From NCBI GenBank assembly GCA_040399745.1, contig JBBARP010000001.1, positions 170,617-234,616 on the forward strand: a DNA stretch of 64,000 nt, written 5' to 3'. The notes beneath the pieces were generated by a model, which searched no databases, was not told the DNA's origin, and worked only from the letters and a program-made list of their open reading frames with translations. This document shows, piece after piece, positions 54,255-63,900 of this stretch. This DNA comes from Bdellovibrionia bacterium (GTDB taxonomy: Bacteria; Bdellovibrionota; UBA1018). The stretch's first letter is position 1; every line of letters starts with the position of its first letter. The position numbers and the translations under genes are program-made.

Positions 54255-55466
54255 ATGCCGAAATTTTTTGCGCTGGAGTGCGTGCGTCCTTTTGCGGTGA
54301 GTTGGTCGCAGGCGCTGGGACACTCGGTCGAGACTTGGCAGGAGCTTCAATTCGCCGATGGCGAGCGTCAGTTCCTGCCGCGCGCTTCGGTCGAGGGCCA
54401 AGCGGTTTGCTTGGTTCAAGCTTTGGCTGGACGCGAGCCAGGCGAGGCCGACCAGCGGTGGATGGAGCTGCTTCTTGCGACCGGGCACCTGCGCGATCTT
54501 GGCGCGTCCGAGGTGTGGATCGTGATTCCTAGCCCAGGCTACACGCGCCAGGACGTGCGCGGCTCGAGGCGCGAGCCTCTGGGGCTCAGGCATCTGGCGA
54601 AGGCCTTGGAGAGCGTGGGAGTCAGCGGAGGAATCATGCTTGAACCGCATCAACCGGCAGCGCTGGAAAACGCATTTCGAGTACCGATGCATTCGATCGA
54701 TGCGACCGGATTCCTCGCTTGGCATGCCGAAAGGGTCGCGCACCTCACTCGACGGATGGTCGTGGTGTCGCCTGATTCGGGAGGCGTGAAGCGCGCCGTC
54801 CGATTTGCCCGCGAGCTGGGCCGAAGGCTTCGGCATGATGTCCCAGTGGCCTGGGTGGATAAGTCGCGCTCTTCGGGGCGCACCTGGGCGCGCTCGCTCG
54901 TGGGTGAAGTGGGCGGTCGGATGGCGCTGATCGTGGACGACGTGGTTTGTACGGGCGGCACGCTGATGGAGGCGGCTCGCCTGTGTCGACTGGCAGGGGC
55001 GACTGGAGTGGGTGCTTTGGCAGCGCATGGCGTTTTAGCCGGAGATGCGCCGCGAGCTTTGGCAGAAGGCATGGTCGACCGACTTTTGGTCTCCGACTCC
55101 GTTCCTGGCGTGGCAGCGCTGGCGGCTCGACCAGAGCTGGCCGGACGACTCTTTGTTGAGTCGGTGGCTGAGTTTATGGCCGAAGCGGCTCGCCAGCGTC
55201 TGGGCCGGGTTGTGCAGGAGGAGATTCAGGGAGGACCGCATGCAGACGCCCTTACAGATCGTATTCAGGAACGTGCACCGCTCGGAAGCGGTGGCCGAGA
55301 AAGTCCGCCAGCGCGTGCAATGGCTCGAGCTCCACGGCGAGGAGTTGATCAGTTGTCGAGTGGCCGTCGAGGCGCCCCACCGGCACCATCATCGGGGAAA
55401 TCTGTATCGAGTGCGGATCGATCTCCGCGTCCGAGGAGCGGAAATCGTCGTCGGACGCCCGCATGA
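54255..55466 (+). CDS. Ribose-phosphate pyrophosphokinase-like protein with aberrant C-terminal extension
   Basis: FADGE, YTRQD, SPDSGG, IVDDVVCTGGTL; SD GGGAGG before ATG 54255. Confidence 0.8.
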   Translation: MPKFFALECVRPFAVSWSQALGHSVETWQELQFADGERQFLPRASVEGQAVCLVQALAGREPGEADQRWMELLLATGHLRDLGASEVWIVIPSPGYTRQDVRGSRREPLGLRHLAKALESVGVSGGIMLEPHQPAALENAFRVPMHSIDATGFLAWHAERVAHLTRRMVVVSPDSGGVKRAVRFARELGRRLRHDVPVAWVDKSRSSGRTWARSLVGEVGGRMALIVDDVVCTGGTLMEAARLCRLAGATGVGALAAHGVLAGDAPRALAEGMVDRLLVSDSVPGVAALAARPELAGRLFVESVAEFMAEAARQRLGRVVQEEIQGGPHADALTDRIQERAPLGSGGRESPPARAMARAPRRGVDQLSSGRRGAPPAPSSGKSVSSADRSPRPRSGNRRRTPA

Positions 55467-55611
55467 CTTGCATCATGCCCATCGTGATGTTCAGGTCGCG
55501 ATCCGCGACGCCTTTGATGAAGCCCGTCGGCGGCTCGAGCATCACAGTCGCCGACGGCGCGATCTGATTCGCGTCAGAGCGCCTGAGTTCCCTCTCCCTG
55601 AAGCGATCTAA
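55240..55611 (+). CDS. HPF/RaiA-family ribosome-associated protein
   Basis: MQTPLQIVFRN, CRVAVEAPH, DVQVAIRDAFD; SD GGAGG. Confidence 0.88.
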   Translation: MQTPLQIVFRNVHRSEAVAEKVRQRVQWLELHGEELISCRVAVEAPHRHHHRGNLYRVRIDLRVRGAEIVVGRPHDLHHAHRDVQVAIRDAFDEARRRLEHHSRRRRDLIRVRAPEFPLPEAI

Positions 55612-56842
55612 GGTCGGCTTCCGCCATTAGGTGGTCGCGCTTCAAATTCACTGCCCTTCTTCTGAGTTCCAGTGCTTTTTGGCAGGCGCCCAAGACGTCA
55701 GGCGAGTTCTTCACTCCTCGGCGGTACTCGCCCAAGGTTTTGTCTAAGTACTCGTCTCCCACTTGGACTGCTGCTTCGGCCGCTTCAAGGAGGTCATGCG
55801 TGACTTGAATTTGCCAGCGTGCGCGTGAAACCTGCGCATCGAGTTCTCGCCGGGTTTGCGCAAGTTCCAGGCGCCTGGCTTGGGAGCGCTTTTGCTCAGC
55901 GTGCTTTTCCGATCGTCCCACCCAGCCATCAAAAAGCGTGACTGTGACCCGAGCTCCGACGTAGCGCTCGTTCCATTGGTGCAAGTCAGCGGTTTCAAAT
56001 TCGCGGAGTGTATGGACACCGGCACCGGCATAAAGATCGAGTGACGGTGCCCACCATGCTGAAGCAGCCCAGTGAAGGGCATCGGCTTTGGCCTCTTCCG
56101 CTTGAAGCGCCAAAAGACTCCAATGCGGAGGGACTTCCTTTTTCTCAGCAGCGTGCATGTGGGGAAGGTCGGATTCAATTTCGAGTGAACTCTCGGGCGG
56201 CATTCCGAGAAGGGCCAAAAGCTCGCGCTCTTCGGAGCGAGCGTCCACTTGCGCTTGAGCAAGATCCTGATCGAGCTGCGATCGATACATTTTGAATTCA
56301 AGAAGATCGGTTTGAGTGGCCAGCCCCGCTTGGATTCGCGAGCGTGCAGCAGCTTCGTTCGTATCGTTTTCTTTCAGGGCTTTTTCCAGAAGCCGGATGG
56401 CGGCTTTCAGGTTCATGAGCTTGAGATACGTTTGCCGAGTTTGAAGGAGTTCCCGCGTCGCGATTTCCCGCTCCTTTGCGATCGCAGCGTCGCGATCGGC
56501 GTTTCGGCTTTGGTTTTCCAAATAATCGCGCCCGCCATTCAAGGCATTCACGCTGGCCACGAGACTTCCGAAGGGTTGCGACATGGCTCTGCGTTGGTGG
56601 TGAACGCTAAAGGCTTCTCCTCCGCCTTCGGCTTGGAGTCGCGGAAGAAAGGAGCGTCCCAGATGACCCGTGCGACTCTCTGCGCTGCTTAAGTCCATTC
56701 GCGCGGATTCCCAGTGGGAGTTACCCTGCCTGAGCTTCTCGGGAAGCTCGGTGTAGCGAAGTGGACTTTCGCTGGCCCTTGCGGTCAGCGAGAGAAAGGT
56801 GGCGGTGAGAAGCAGGGGAGCGAGTCGGGAGATGCGGTTCAT
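55574..56842 (-). CDS. TolC-family outer-membrane efflux protein
   Basis: Signal peptide; duplicated repeat with LPRL/APSLDL, TLFDG, YRRG. Confidence 0.85.
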   Translation of the reverse strand: MNRISRLAPLLLTATFLSLTARASESPLRYTELPEKLRQGNSHWESARMDLSSAESRTGHLGRSFLPRLQAEGGGEAFSVHHQRRAMSQPFGSLVASVNALNGGRDYLENQSRNADRDAAIAKEREIATRELLQTRQTYLKLMNLKAAIRLLEKALKENDTNEAAARSRIQAGLATQTDLLEFKMYRSQLDQDLAQAQVDARSEERELLALLGMPPESSLEIESDLPHMHAAEKKEVPPHWSLLALQAEEAKADALHWAASAWWAPSLDLYAGAGVHTLREFETADLHQWNERYVGARVTVTLFDGWVGRSEKHAEQKRSQARRLELAQTRRELDAQVSRARWQIQVTHDLLEAAEAAVQVGDEYLDKTLGEYRRGVKNSPDVLGACQKALELRRRAVNLKRDHLMAEADLRSLQGEGTQAL

Positions 56843-56877
56843 GACAGGTTGTCACTGTACCGCGAGTCGGGCAGAGT
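56842..56877 (+). promoter_or_regulatory. TGACA-N3-TGTCA operator-like palindrome overlapping the putative copA promoter
   Basis: TGACAGGTTGTCA at 56842-56854; TTGTCA-N17-CAGAGT, 6 nt before ATG 56884. Confidence 0.45.
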
Positions 56878-56883
56878 GCGCTC

Positions 56884-59193
56884 ATGAATCCCACAGAAAA
56901 AGACCCGGTTTGCGGAATGGTGGTTCAGCCCGGTTGGGCATCCTGGACCTATCAAGGGACCTCGTATTTTTTCTGTTGTGACGGGTGTTTGAAGCGCTTC
57001 CAAAAGGAGCCTGGGAAGTTTCTCAGTCCCAAGCTTCCGCCCGAGTCCCAAGCCTGCCTGGATGAGGTCGAGCATATTTGTCCGATGCATCCGGAAGTAC
57101 GTCAGAAAGGCCCGGGAACCTGCCCGGATTGTGGGATGGCTCTTGAGCCGGTCACTTTCTCTTTGGACGACACGGGTCCCAATCCCGAGTTGGTCGATTT
57201 CACTCGGCGCTTTTGGCTTTCCACCGCGCTGACTTTGCCCCTGATGGTTTTGGCGATGTTCTTCGGATTGGGCGCCCGCTTGCAGTGGGTCCTGGCGACT
57301 CCGGTCGTGATTTGGGCTGGAGCCCCGCTTTTTGTTCGAGGCTGGGAGTCCGTCCGAAACCGCAGTCCCAATATGTTCACTTTGATCGCGCTGGGCACCG
57401 GGGTTTCGTACGCCTACAGCACAGTCGCTGCTTTCTTTCCGGAACTTTTTCCTGCTCAGTTCCGGATGACCGGACACGAAAGCATGGGTCATGCCGCAGG
57501 TCAGGTGGGTGTTTATTTTGAAGCGGCAGCAGGAATCGTGGCACTCGTTCTGCTGGGACAGGTGTTGGAACTTCGAGCGCGTGCGCGAACCTCTCAAGCG
57601 CTTCGCGAACTCTTGGCTCTTGTGCCCGAGAAAACGCGCCGCGTGCGCTTCAATGGCGCAGAAGAGGAAGTCGACGTCCGCGAAGTGAAGTTGGGCGATC
57701 GGTTGCGGGTGCTTCCTGGCTCGAAGGTGCCGGTCGATGGGGTGGTGCTCGAAGGAACGAGTGCGATTGATGAGTCGATGGTGACGGGAGAGTCGTTGCC
57801 TGTTGAAAAAGGGCCGCGCGATTCTGTGATCGGCGGAACTCTGAATGGCCGCGGCTCGTTTTTGATGCGCGCGATGAAAGTGGGGAGCGAGACTCTGCTG
57901 GCCCGGATGGTTCAGCAAGTTGCGGAAGCTCAGAGAACTCGCGCGCCCATTCAACGTTTGGCAGATCGGGTGTCGGCTGTCTTCGTTCCAGCAGTGGTTC
58001 TTTCTGCGCTTTTTTCCGCTGGTTTATGGCTGATTTTTGGGCCCGAGCCCCGGGGTGCTTATGCGCTGGTCAACGCCGTCGCAGTCCTGATCATCGCCTG
58101 CCCGTGTGCTTTGGGACTTGCAACGCCGATGTCCATTTTGGTGGGGATGGGGCGGGGCGCGCGCGCGGGTCTGCTGTTTCGGAACGCCGAAGCGCTCGAA
58201 AATCTCGCAGGCGTGAGTGTACTCGCTTTCGATAAGACGGGCACATTGACCGAAGGTCGGCCCGAGCTTCTGGAAGTGATGCCGCTGGCGGGAGTGTCGC
58301 GTGAAGAGCTCTTGGTTTCGGTTGCGGCGCTGGAGCGTTCCAGTGAGCATCCGCTCGCGGATGCGGTTCTACGGGGTGTTCGGTCTCAAGGATTTCCGGA
58401 CGAGCGCTGGCCCGCAGTCACTGAGTTTGTTTCGCTGCCTGGATCTGGAATTCAAGGGAGGGTGGGCGAGGTCTTGTGGCGCGTGGGCAGCCCTGCGGCG
58501 CTTTCTGCATCAGGGGTTCCCCTTCCAGAGAATTTGAAAGCGCAGATTTCAATTCTCCGAACACAGGGTCAAACGGTCATCGCAGTCGGGCGTGGCAATC
58601 AGTGCGTGGGCTTCTTGGGCGTGAAGGATCCCATTCACCGTTCTGCACGACAGGTTTTAGACGAACTTCGTTCGCAAAAACTAGAATTGGTGATGTTGAC
58701 CGGTGACCACAAGGAGACGGCCGAAGCCGTCGCACGAGAGCTCGGCATCACTCAGGTCCACTCGGGCCTGAAGCCTGAACAGAAAGCAGACTGGGTGAAG
58801 CAAACGCAGGCTGCAGGCAAGCGGGTGGCTTTCGCAGGCGATGGAGTGAACGATGCCCTGGCACTTTCGTGCGCTCAGGTCGGAATTGCCATGGGTAGCG
58901 GAACTCAGGTGGCAATCGAAAGTGCCGGGCTGACGCTTCTACATGGCGACTTGCGAGGCGTCCTACGTGCATTGAAACTCAGCCGCACGGTGGTTCGAAA
59001 TATTCGGCAAAATCTGTGGCTGGCGTTTGGCTACAATGCGTTGGGAGTGCCGTTGGCGGGTGGGTTGCTGTATCCCGCGTTTGGCATTCTTTTGAGTCCT
59101 CTCTTCGCAAGTGCCGCGATGAGTTTCAGCTCAGTATCCGTGATCGTGAATTCCTTGCGGCTTGCAAAAGTTCACCTAGACTCTAAGGAGTGA
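56884..59193 (+). CDS. copA: Cu(I)/Ag(I)-translocating P1B-type ATPase with YHS and CPMH metal-binding domains
   Basis: DPVCGM...YFFCC, CPMHP...CPDCGM, TGES, CPC, DKTGT, HP, GDGVND, YN and MSFSS. Confidence 0.95.
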   Translation: MNPTEKDPVCGMVVQPGWASWTYQGTSYFFCCDGCLKRFQKEPGKFLSPKLPPESQACLDEVEHICPMHPEVRQKGPGTCPDCGMALEPVTFSLDDTGPNPELVDFTRRFWLSTALTLPLMVLAMFFGLGARLQWVLATPVVIWAGAPLFVRGWESVRNRSPNMFTLIALGTGVSYAYSTVAAFFPELFPAQFRMTGHESMGHAAGQVGVYFEAAAGIVALVLLGQVLELRARARTSQALRELLALVPEKTRRVRFNGAEEEVDVREVKLGDRLRVLPGSKVPVDGVVLEGTSAIDESMVTGESLPVEKGPRDSVIGGTLNGRGSFLMRAMKVGSETLLARMVQQVAEAQRTRAPIQRLADRVSAVFVPAVVLSALFSAGLWLIFGPEPRGAYALVNAVAVLIIACPCALGLATPMSILVGMGRGARAGLLFRNAEALENLAGVSVLAFDKTGTLTEGRPELLEVMPLAGVSREELLVSVAALERSSEHPLADAVLRGVRSQGFPDERWPAVTEFVSLPGSGIQGRVGEVLWRVGSPAALSASGVPLPENLKAQISILRTQGQTVIAVGRGNQCVGFLGVKDPIHRSARQVLDELRSQKLELVMLTGDHKETAEAVARELGITQVHSGLKPEQKADWVKQTQAAGKRVAFAGDGVNDALALSCAQVGIAMGSGTQVAIESAGLTLLHGDLRGVLRALKLSRTVVRNIRQNLWLAFGYNALGVPLAGGLLYPAFGILLSPLFASAAMSFSSVSVIVNSLRLAKVHLDSKE

Positions 59194-59972
59194 AAAAACT
59201 ACTCGCTCCTGCTGCCATGGGTTTAGGCCTTTTCGTGATCGGATCGCCAGCGCTTCACGCGCAGGAAATGCGCGAGCTCTCAACCGATCGTCCCGACAAA
59301 ACGGAAAGCGCTTACACGGTCGACAAAGGGCATTTTCAGGCGGAAATAGATCTCTGGAATATGGGATTCTCCAAGGACGAGGCGGGTGCCACCAGTCGTG
59401 GTGGAAACATCGGGCTCATCAACGCCAAAATGGGTTTAACGGATGCATCGGATCTTCAGGTCATTTTGCAGCCGCTGGCTCAAGAAGGATCCGAAACGGG
59501 TTTTGGCGACACCATCATCCGCTTTAAGCAGAATCTTTTTGGTGCGAGCGGTCAGGAGCCCTGGGCTTTTGCTTTGATGCCCTACGTGAAACTCCCCACT
59601 CAAGTCGCGAAGCTCGGTGAGTCGAAAACCGAAGGCGGGCTGATTGCGCTTTACGCCAGCACTTTAGCCGACGAAATTGGTTTTGGCGCGATGCTCGAGT
59701 GGGACCGCGTTGCCAACGCAGACGCCGGCTACCACAACGAATGGGTCCAGACCGTCACGTTTTCTCACGATATTTTTGGTGAATTGGGCGGCTATGCCGA
59801 GCTTTACAGTATGTTCAGTTCCGAGGCAGGCGCCACCTGGGCTTCCACTTTCGATTTTGGGTTCACCTATGGTATCGCCCAGAATGTCCAACTCGACGCA
59901 GGGATCAACATTGGGCTGACCGACGCCGCCGAGGACCTCAATCCGTTCTTGGGTTTGAGTTTCAAGATCTGA
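59190..59972 (+). CDS. Outer-membrane beta-barrel transporter (MetA-pathway/SphA-like)
   Basis: Signal peptide, STDRPDKTES..TVDKGHFQ.E, GFGD, QLDAG, C-terminal GLSFKI; GTGA overlap with copA. Confidence 0.8.
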   Translation: MKKLLAPAAMGLGLFVIGSPALHAQEMRELSTDRPDKTESAYTVDKGHFQAEIDLWNMGFSKDEAGATSRGGNIGLINAKMGLTDASDLQVILQPLAQEGSETGFGDTIIRFKQNLFGASGQEPWAFALMPYVKLPTQVAKLGESKTEGGLIALYASTLADEIGFGAMLEWDRVANADAGYHNEWVQTVTFSHDIFGELGGYAELYSMFSSEAGATWASTFDFGFTYGIAQNVQLDAGINIGLTDAAEDLNPFLGLSFKI

Positions 59973-60000
59973 AGAAGCCCGAAACGGAAGGATTTCAGTC

Positions 60001-60201
60001 ATGAACATTCGTATGGCATTGGCAGTGTGTGCGGCCCTCGGTGCAGTCTCGGTAGCAAGCAGCTCGACGGTTGCTTTCGCTCAGAAAAAAGAGTGCTCGG
60101 ACTGCAAGCGCAAAGGCAAGAAGTGCAGCTGTAAAGACGTGGAGCATTGCGACTGCGACCACGGCAAAGCTGAAGGCGAAAAAGCCGAAGCCAAGAAGTG
60201 A
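60001..60201 (+). CDS. Small exported Cys/His/Lys-rich peptide, metallothionein-like
   Basis: SD AAGGA; signal peptide AFA|Q; mature part CSDC, CSC, HCDCDH; followed by terminator. Confidence 0.75.
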   Translation: MNIRMALAVCAALGAVSVASSSTVAFAQKKECSDCKRKGKKCSCKDVEHCDCDHGKAEGEKAEAKK

Positions 60202-60243
60202 GATTCGAGAGGCGCTCGTCGGCGTCTCGAGATCGATTCAAAG

Positions 60244-60285
60244 AAAAAGCCGCTTCTCCAAAAGGAGAGGCGGCTTTTTTATTTT
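60244..60285. terminator. Bidirectional rho-independent terminator
   Basis: AAAAAGCCGCTTCTCC-AAAA-GGAGAGGCGGCTTTTTT between convergent genes. Confidence 0.88.
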
Positions 60286-60303
60286 CCTGTGAGCGCTGGG
60301 CCG

Positions 60304-60879
60304 TCAGTTCTGGAGCAAGTCCGAAATGAAGTCGGGGTTCACGTAGTCTGCCGACAGGTCCAGCGGTGAAAAAGCGTGGGGCCGGTTGTACTCCTGGCCG
60401 TAGACCACGCCATCCAGCATGACATAGCCATGCTCGTGCTTTCCGCCGTCGCGGTCCCCCGGGTTCCAATGAACCCAGTGAATGATGGCCCCGGAGGGGG
60501 ATTGGCGGGTGGTGATGTAATCGCCACAGGCCTCGACCTGAACATTAGGGGTCAGCGACGGGAGGCCGCCAAAAGCCACGTTGTAGACCACTTCCAAGGT
60601 GTCTTGAGCCTTGGGGCCGATCTGAATTTCGAACTGTTGGTGCGTTTTTCGGACCTGGGTGATCCGGACCAGTCGCCCTTGGACGTGCGCCCTGGATTGG
60701 AACTGGTTCTTTCCTTTCTGTTTAAATTCAATCACTTGCTGGTTATTCACCGGCAGTGTTGAGCCATTCCGGTTGTCCAAGCAAGGTGGGACCGCCGCAT
60801 GCACGGCGCCTGCTAGGAAAAGGAATCCACCTACTGCCATTCGCCGCAGCTTCAGACCCGTCACGAGCACACGATTCAT
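60304..60879 (-). CDS. Exported OB-fold protein, DUF3465-like
   Basis: HQQFEI, VVYN, GDYI, IIHWVH..P...HEHGY; start 60879 chosen to avoid overlap with divergent gene. Confidence 0.7.
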   Translation of the reverse strand: MNRVLVTGLKLRRMAVGGFLFLAGAVHAAVPPCLDNRNGSTLPVNNQQVIEFKQKGKNQFQSRAHVQGRLVRITQVRKTHQQFEIQIGPKAQDTLEVVYNVAFGGLPSLTPNVQVEACGDYITTRQSPSGAIIHWVHWNPGDRDGGKHEHGYVMLDGVVYGQEYNRPHAFSPLDLSADYVNPDFISDLLQN

Positions 60880-60969
60880 ATTTATTTTTGGGTACGTGAG
60901 CCAGGCAGCCAAAGCAAGGAAAGAAAGTTGACACAATGTGTCAGTTATGGTGATTTTCAGGCCGCTCTT

Positions 60970-63900
60970 ATGCAAACTTTCTTGAAACTCCTTTTACCGA
61001 CGCTTCTTTTGCTGTCCGGTTGCTCGCCCTCTTGGTTCGGCGGCAAAGAAAAGGACGAGAAACTTTCTCGCGACGCGGGTTATCGAACTCTGAATCCGGA
61101 GTGCTCCAATCTTCAACTGACCAGCTCGCGCATCAGCGCTCCGGACACACGGACACTCGTGCAGTGCTTAAATGCGAATGGTTCGTTGGGCCCTGTGGCC
61201 GAGCTCATGGGCGTCATGAGCGATGCGGAGCTCGACTCGGTTCTTGAGCTCGTCAATGAAGCGATTCTCGATCAACCCAAAGTGCATGCCCAATGGGATT
61301 CGCTTTGGCGCGCACTGGGGCCGCATTCGGAAAAATGGCTCAGCCCTTGGGCGCCGCTCCTCGAGCAAGGTGAGCTCGCTTCATCCGCACTGAGAGTTTT
61401 AGAAAGCTCTTGGAAGCGTGAGCCCAAGCTCGTTGAAGGGGTTTTGAAACGCCTTGCAACCGTGATTGAGCCAAAGGACTTGGCTTCGAATTTAGACGTC
61501 GCTCTGACCTTGGCTCGGGCGCGCGCCACACGATCGTTTTTGGAAAAGCTGAAAGGCCCTGCCCGAACCGGCGTCAGCGTCGAGAGTGTGGTTGCCGACT
61601 TGCAGCTCGCTGCACGAGAAGTCCGACTCGGAAAGTCTCCGGATGCGGTGAAGCTCCTTCTTCAGGCTGCCGAGTCGGGAAGGCTGCTTCGCTTTTTAGA
61701 CCGAGTGCACGGAGTGAGCGCTCAGGAAATTCAACTGGCCTTGCCGAGCAACGCAGCACTCATGGGCGCGTTGTTGCAATCGGCGCCGGGAGTTCACGGA
61801 GATTCGCAGGTCCGTCCGGGTGCCCTGGTCGATGGCTTGATGGATCTGATGGGCGCTGTACGCGGGCCCCAGCTTTGCCTGAACGGTGGAATCCGAATCG
61901 AGGATGGGCGCACCTTTGCGCTCAGAGAACTTCTGGCTCGTCCTGCCAAAGACATCGATGACGTCATTTTGCGCCGCTTGCCTTTGGAGCTGGTGGGCTT
62001 AGGCTCGTTCTGCAATCTCCCGGCATCTCTCTCGCAGCACTACGCCTGGGCTCAGCGCTTGGCGAGGTCGCCAGTCGTAGGTGAGGCGCACTTCGAATTG
62101 TCAGCGCTCGAGAAGGAAGGATTGATTGACCTCCTTCTCCTGCTTGCGACGCCCTCAAACGAAGATCCGCGCTCAGGTTTGCGGCGCTATCTTCCTTTTC
62201 TTTCCGAGCTCCAAGCGCGTGGAGCGCTGGATGATATCCTTCTCATTGCCGCTTTGCCGCCAGTACAGAAGTATCCGGGGCTTCAAGCCGCGCTTCGCAC
62301 TTGGATTGAACCAGCCCCCGAGCTGGATGGAAAGAGTCTGCTCGATGCTCTGCTCGTGATCTTGGAGCAAGCCGACCCGGCCGAGCTGTCGCAGCTGATC
62401 AGAAAATCTCAAGCCGCCTTAGAGACTCCCGGAGAGTGGCTCTCGCCACTTTTATCCGGAGCACGCTTTGCGACCTGGGCTACGGAAGATCACCCGGTGG
62501 CCGACGGGGCACGCGACGTCTTAGAGAAGCTGTCCAAGCGCTCGGAGTTACGCGCGACCGTGCTTCGACTCGGGCAAGTGCCTGAGTTTCCGCGTGCCAT
62601 GAATCACTTGGCCGCAATGGTTCGCGATGGGCGCGGGCACGATTTGATCGAGATCCTTGCGAAGCTTTTCCGCCAGCGCCTGACTTCTGAAGTGCCTCAA
62701 CCGATCGCTTTGAACGCTGAGCCGGGATTCATCCCAGTCGCAAGGCACGATTTGGCAGCTTCGGATCTTAAACCGTTTGGACAGAACTGGGCCGTGGCGG
62801 ATCGCTCGGAAGATCCCTGCTTGAACCTGGATTTCTCGGTTCGCTTGGATCACGTGGATCATCCGAAGTTTCCGCAAGCCTTTGCTGCATTCCGGGGCTG
62901 CGTGGCGCAGAACCCAAAAGGTGAAGCTTTTGCTCGAGGCTTGGGACACCTTCAGAACCTTCGCATGGCCGACACCGGTCAGTCGCTTTACAGCGAGCTG
63001 ATTGGCTGGATCAAGCGGACGAATTTAACGGCCGAGCAAGTGCGTGAGTTGGTGGATCGCACTTTGGCGCGCTCCGAAGACGCGCGCTTTGAGGGCTGGC
63101 TTCAGGGCGTGGGTTCCTTGGCAAAGATGGGGGATTCGCTCATTGAGCCGGTAGGAGAAATCCTGCGCCCTATCTACTCGGAAGCGCGCCCGCCACTTCG
63201 GTCCCTTCTGGATTCCTTAGGGGGAGTGCTTCGAGATCCCAACCTGCCTTCCGACATTCGTTATCTGCTGAGAATCTCGGACGACGCCGATCGTACGCGT
63301 CTAAGAAAGGCCAATGGCCTGTCGGTAGGCGCTGCTTCACACGCACTTCTTCCGCCCAAGCCCGTTTATCCGGACGACGCCCTTCACTCTGCGGTCAAGT
63401 ACCGGGAGTGCCGACCTGAGGCAGAGATCAGCGCGCGCATGCGAGAAATTCGTCTTGAGCACCGCGACGCCGTCAATAACTGGGAAATTCTCGAAGATGG
63501 CCGCAGGCGCCGTTCTTACTCGGACGCCGAGTTCCGAGAAGGCACGAAATTCCTGATCCAAAAGCTGACCGATCCCGCGCAGTCCAGACGGGACAAGAGC
63601 ATCCATCAAGCGCTTCTGAACGTGATGGAGTACTTCCGCTTGAAAGACGGCGAAGCACCGAGCGCTCGTCATCATTACGAACCTGGCTATTTTGGGCGCT
63701 GGCTGGATCAACTCTCAGGTCAGCAGCGCGCGATTGTTTACTTCCATCCGGAAGAAAAACGTCCGCGGGTCCGCTTGGTCAATTCCTTCGACAGCTTAGA
63801 GATCCTGCTTTTCAACGCCGACTTTGACTACGTCCTGAACGACAACTTCGGCCTGAAGTACCTGACTGCGGTTGCGCGCGCTTGGGGCGATGAGCCGGTC

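Noticed and set aside
54201..55028. N-terminal 275 aa of the 487-aa minus ORF as a PRTase fusion
   Set aside because: Antisense to the Prs-like gene; the PRTase family start MRFRDR is at 54200
56839..57954. 371-aa minus-strand ORF upstream of tolC
   Set aside because: Antisense to copA
52309..60300. tRNA-Ala-anchored genomic island carrying the copper genes
   Set aside because: No integrase and no duplicated tRNA 3' end seen in the window; no obvious compositional shift
61020..63711. Many short ORFs in the last 3 kb
   Set aside because: Explained as alternative-frame or antisense fragments of the long plus-strand gene starting at 60970
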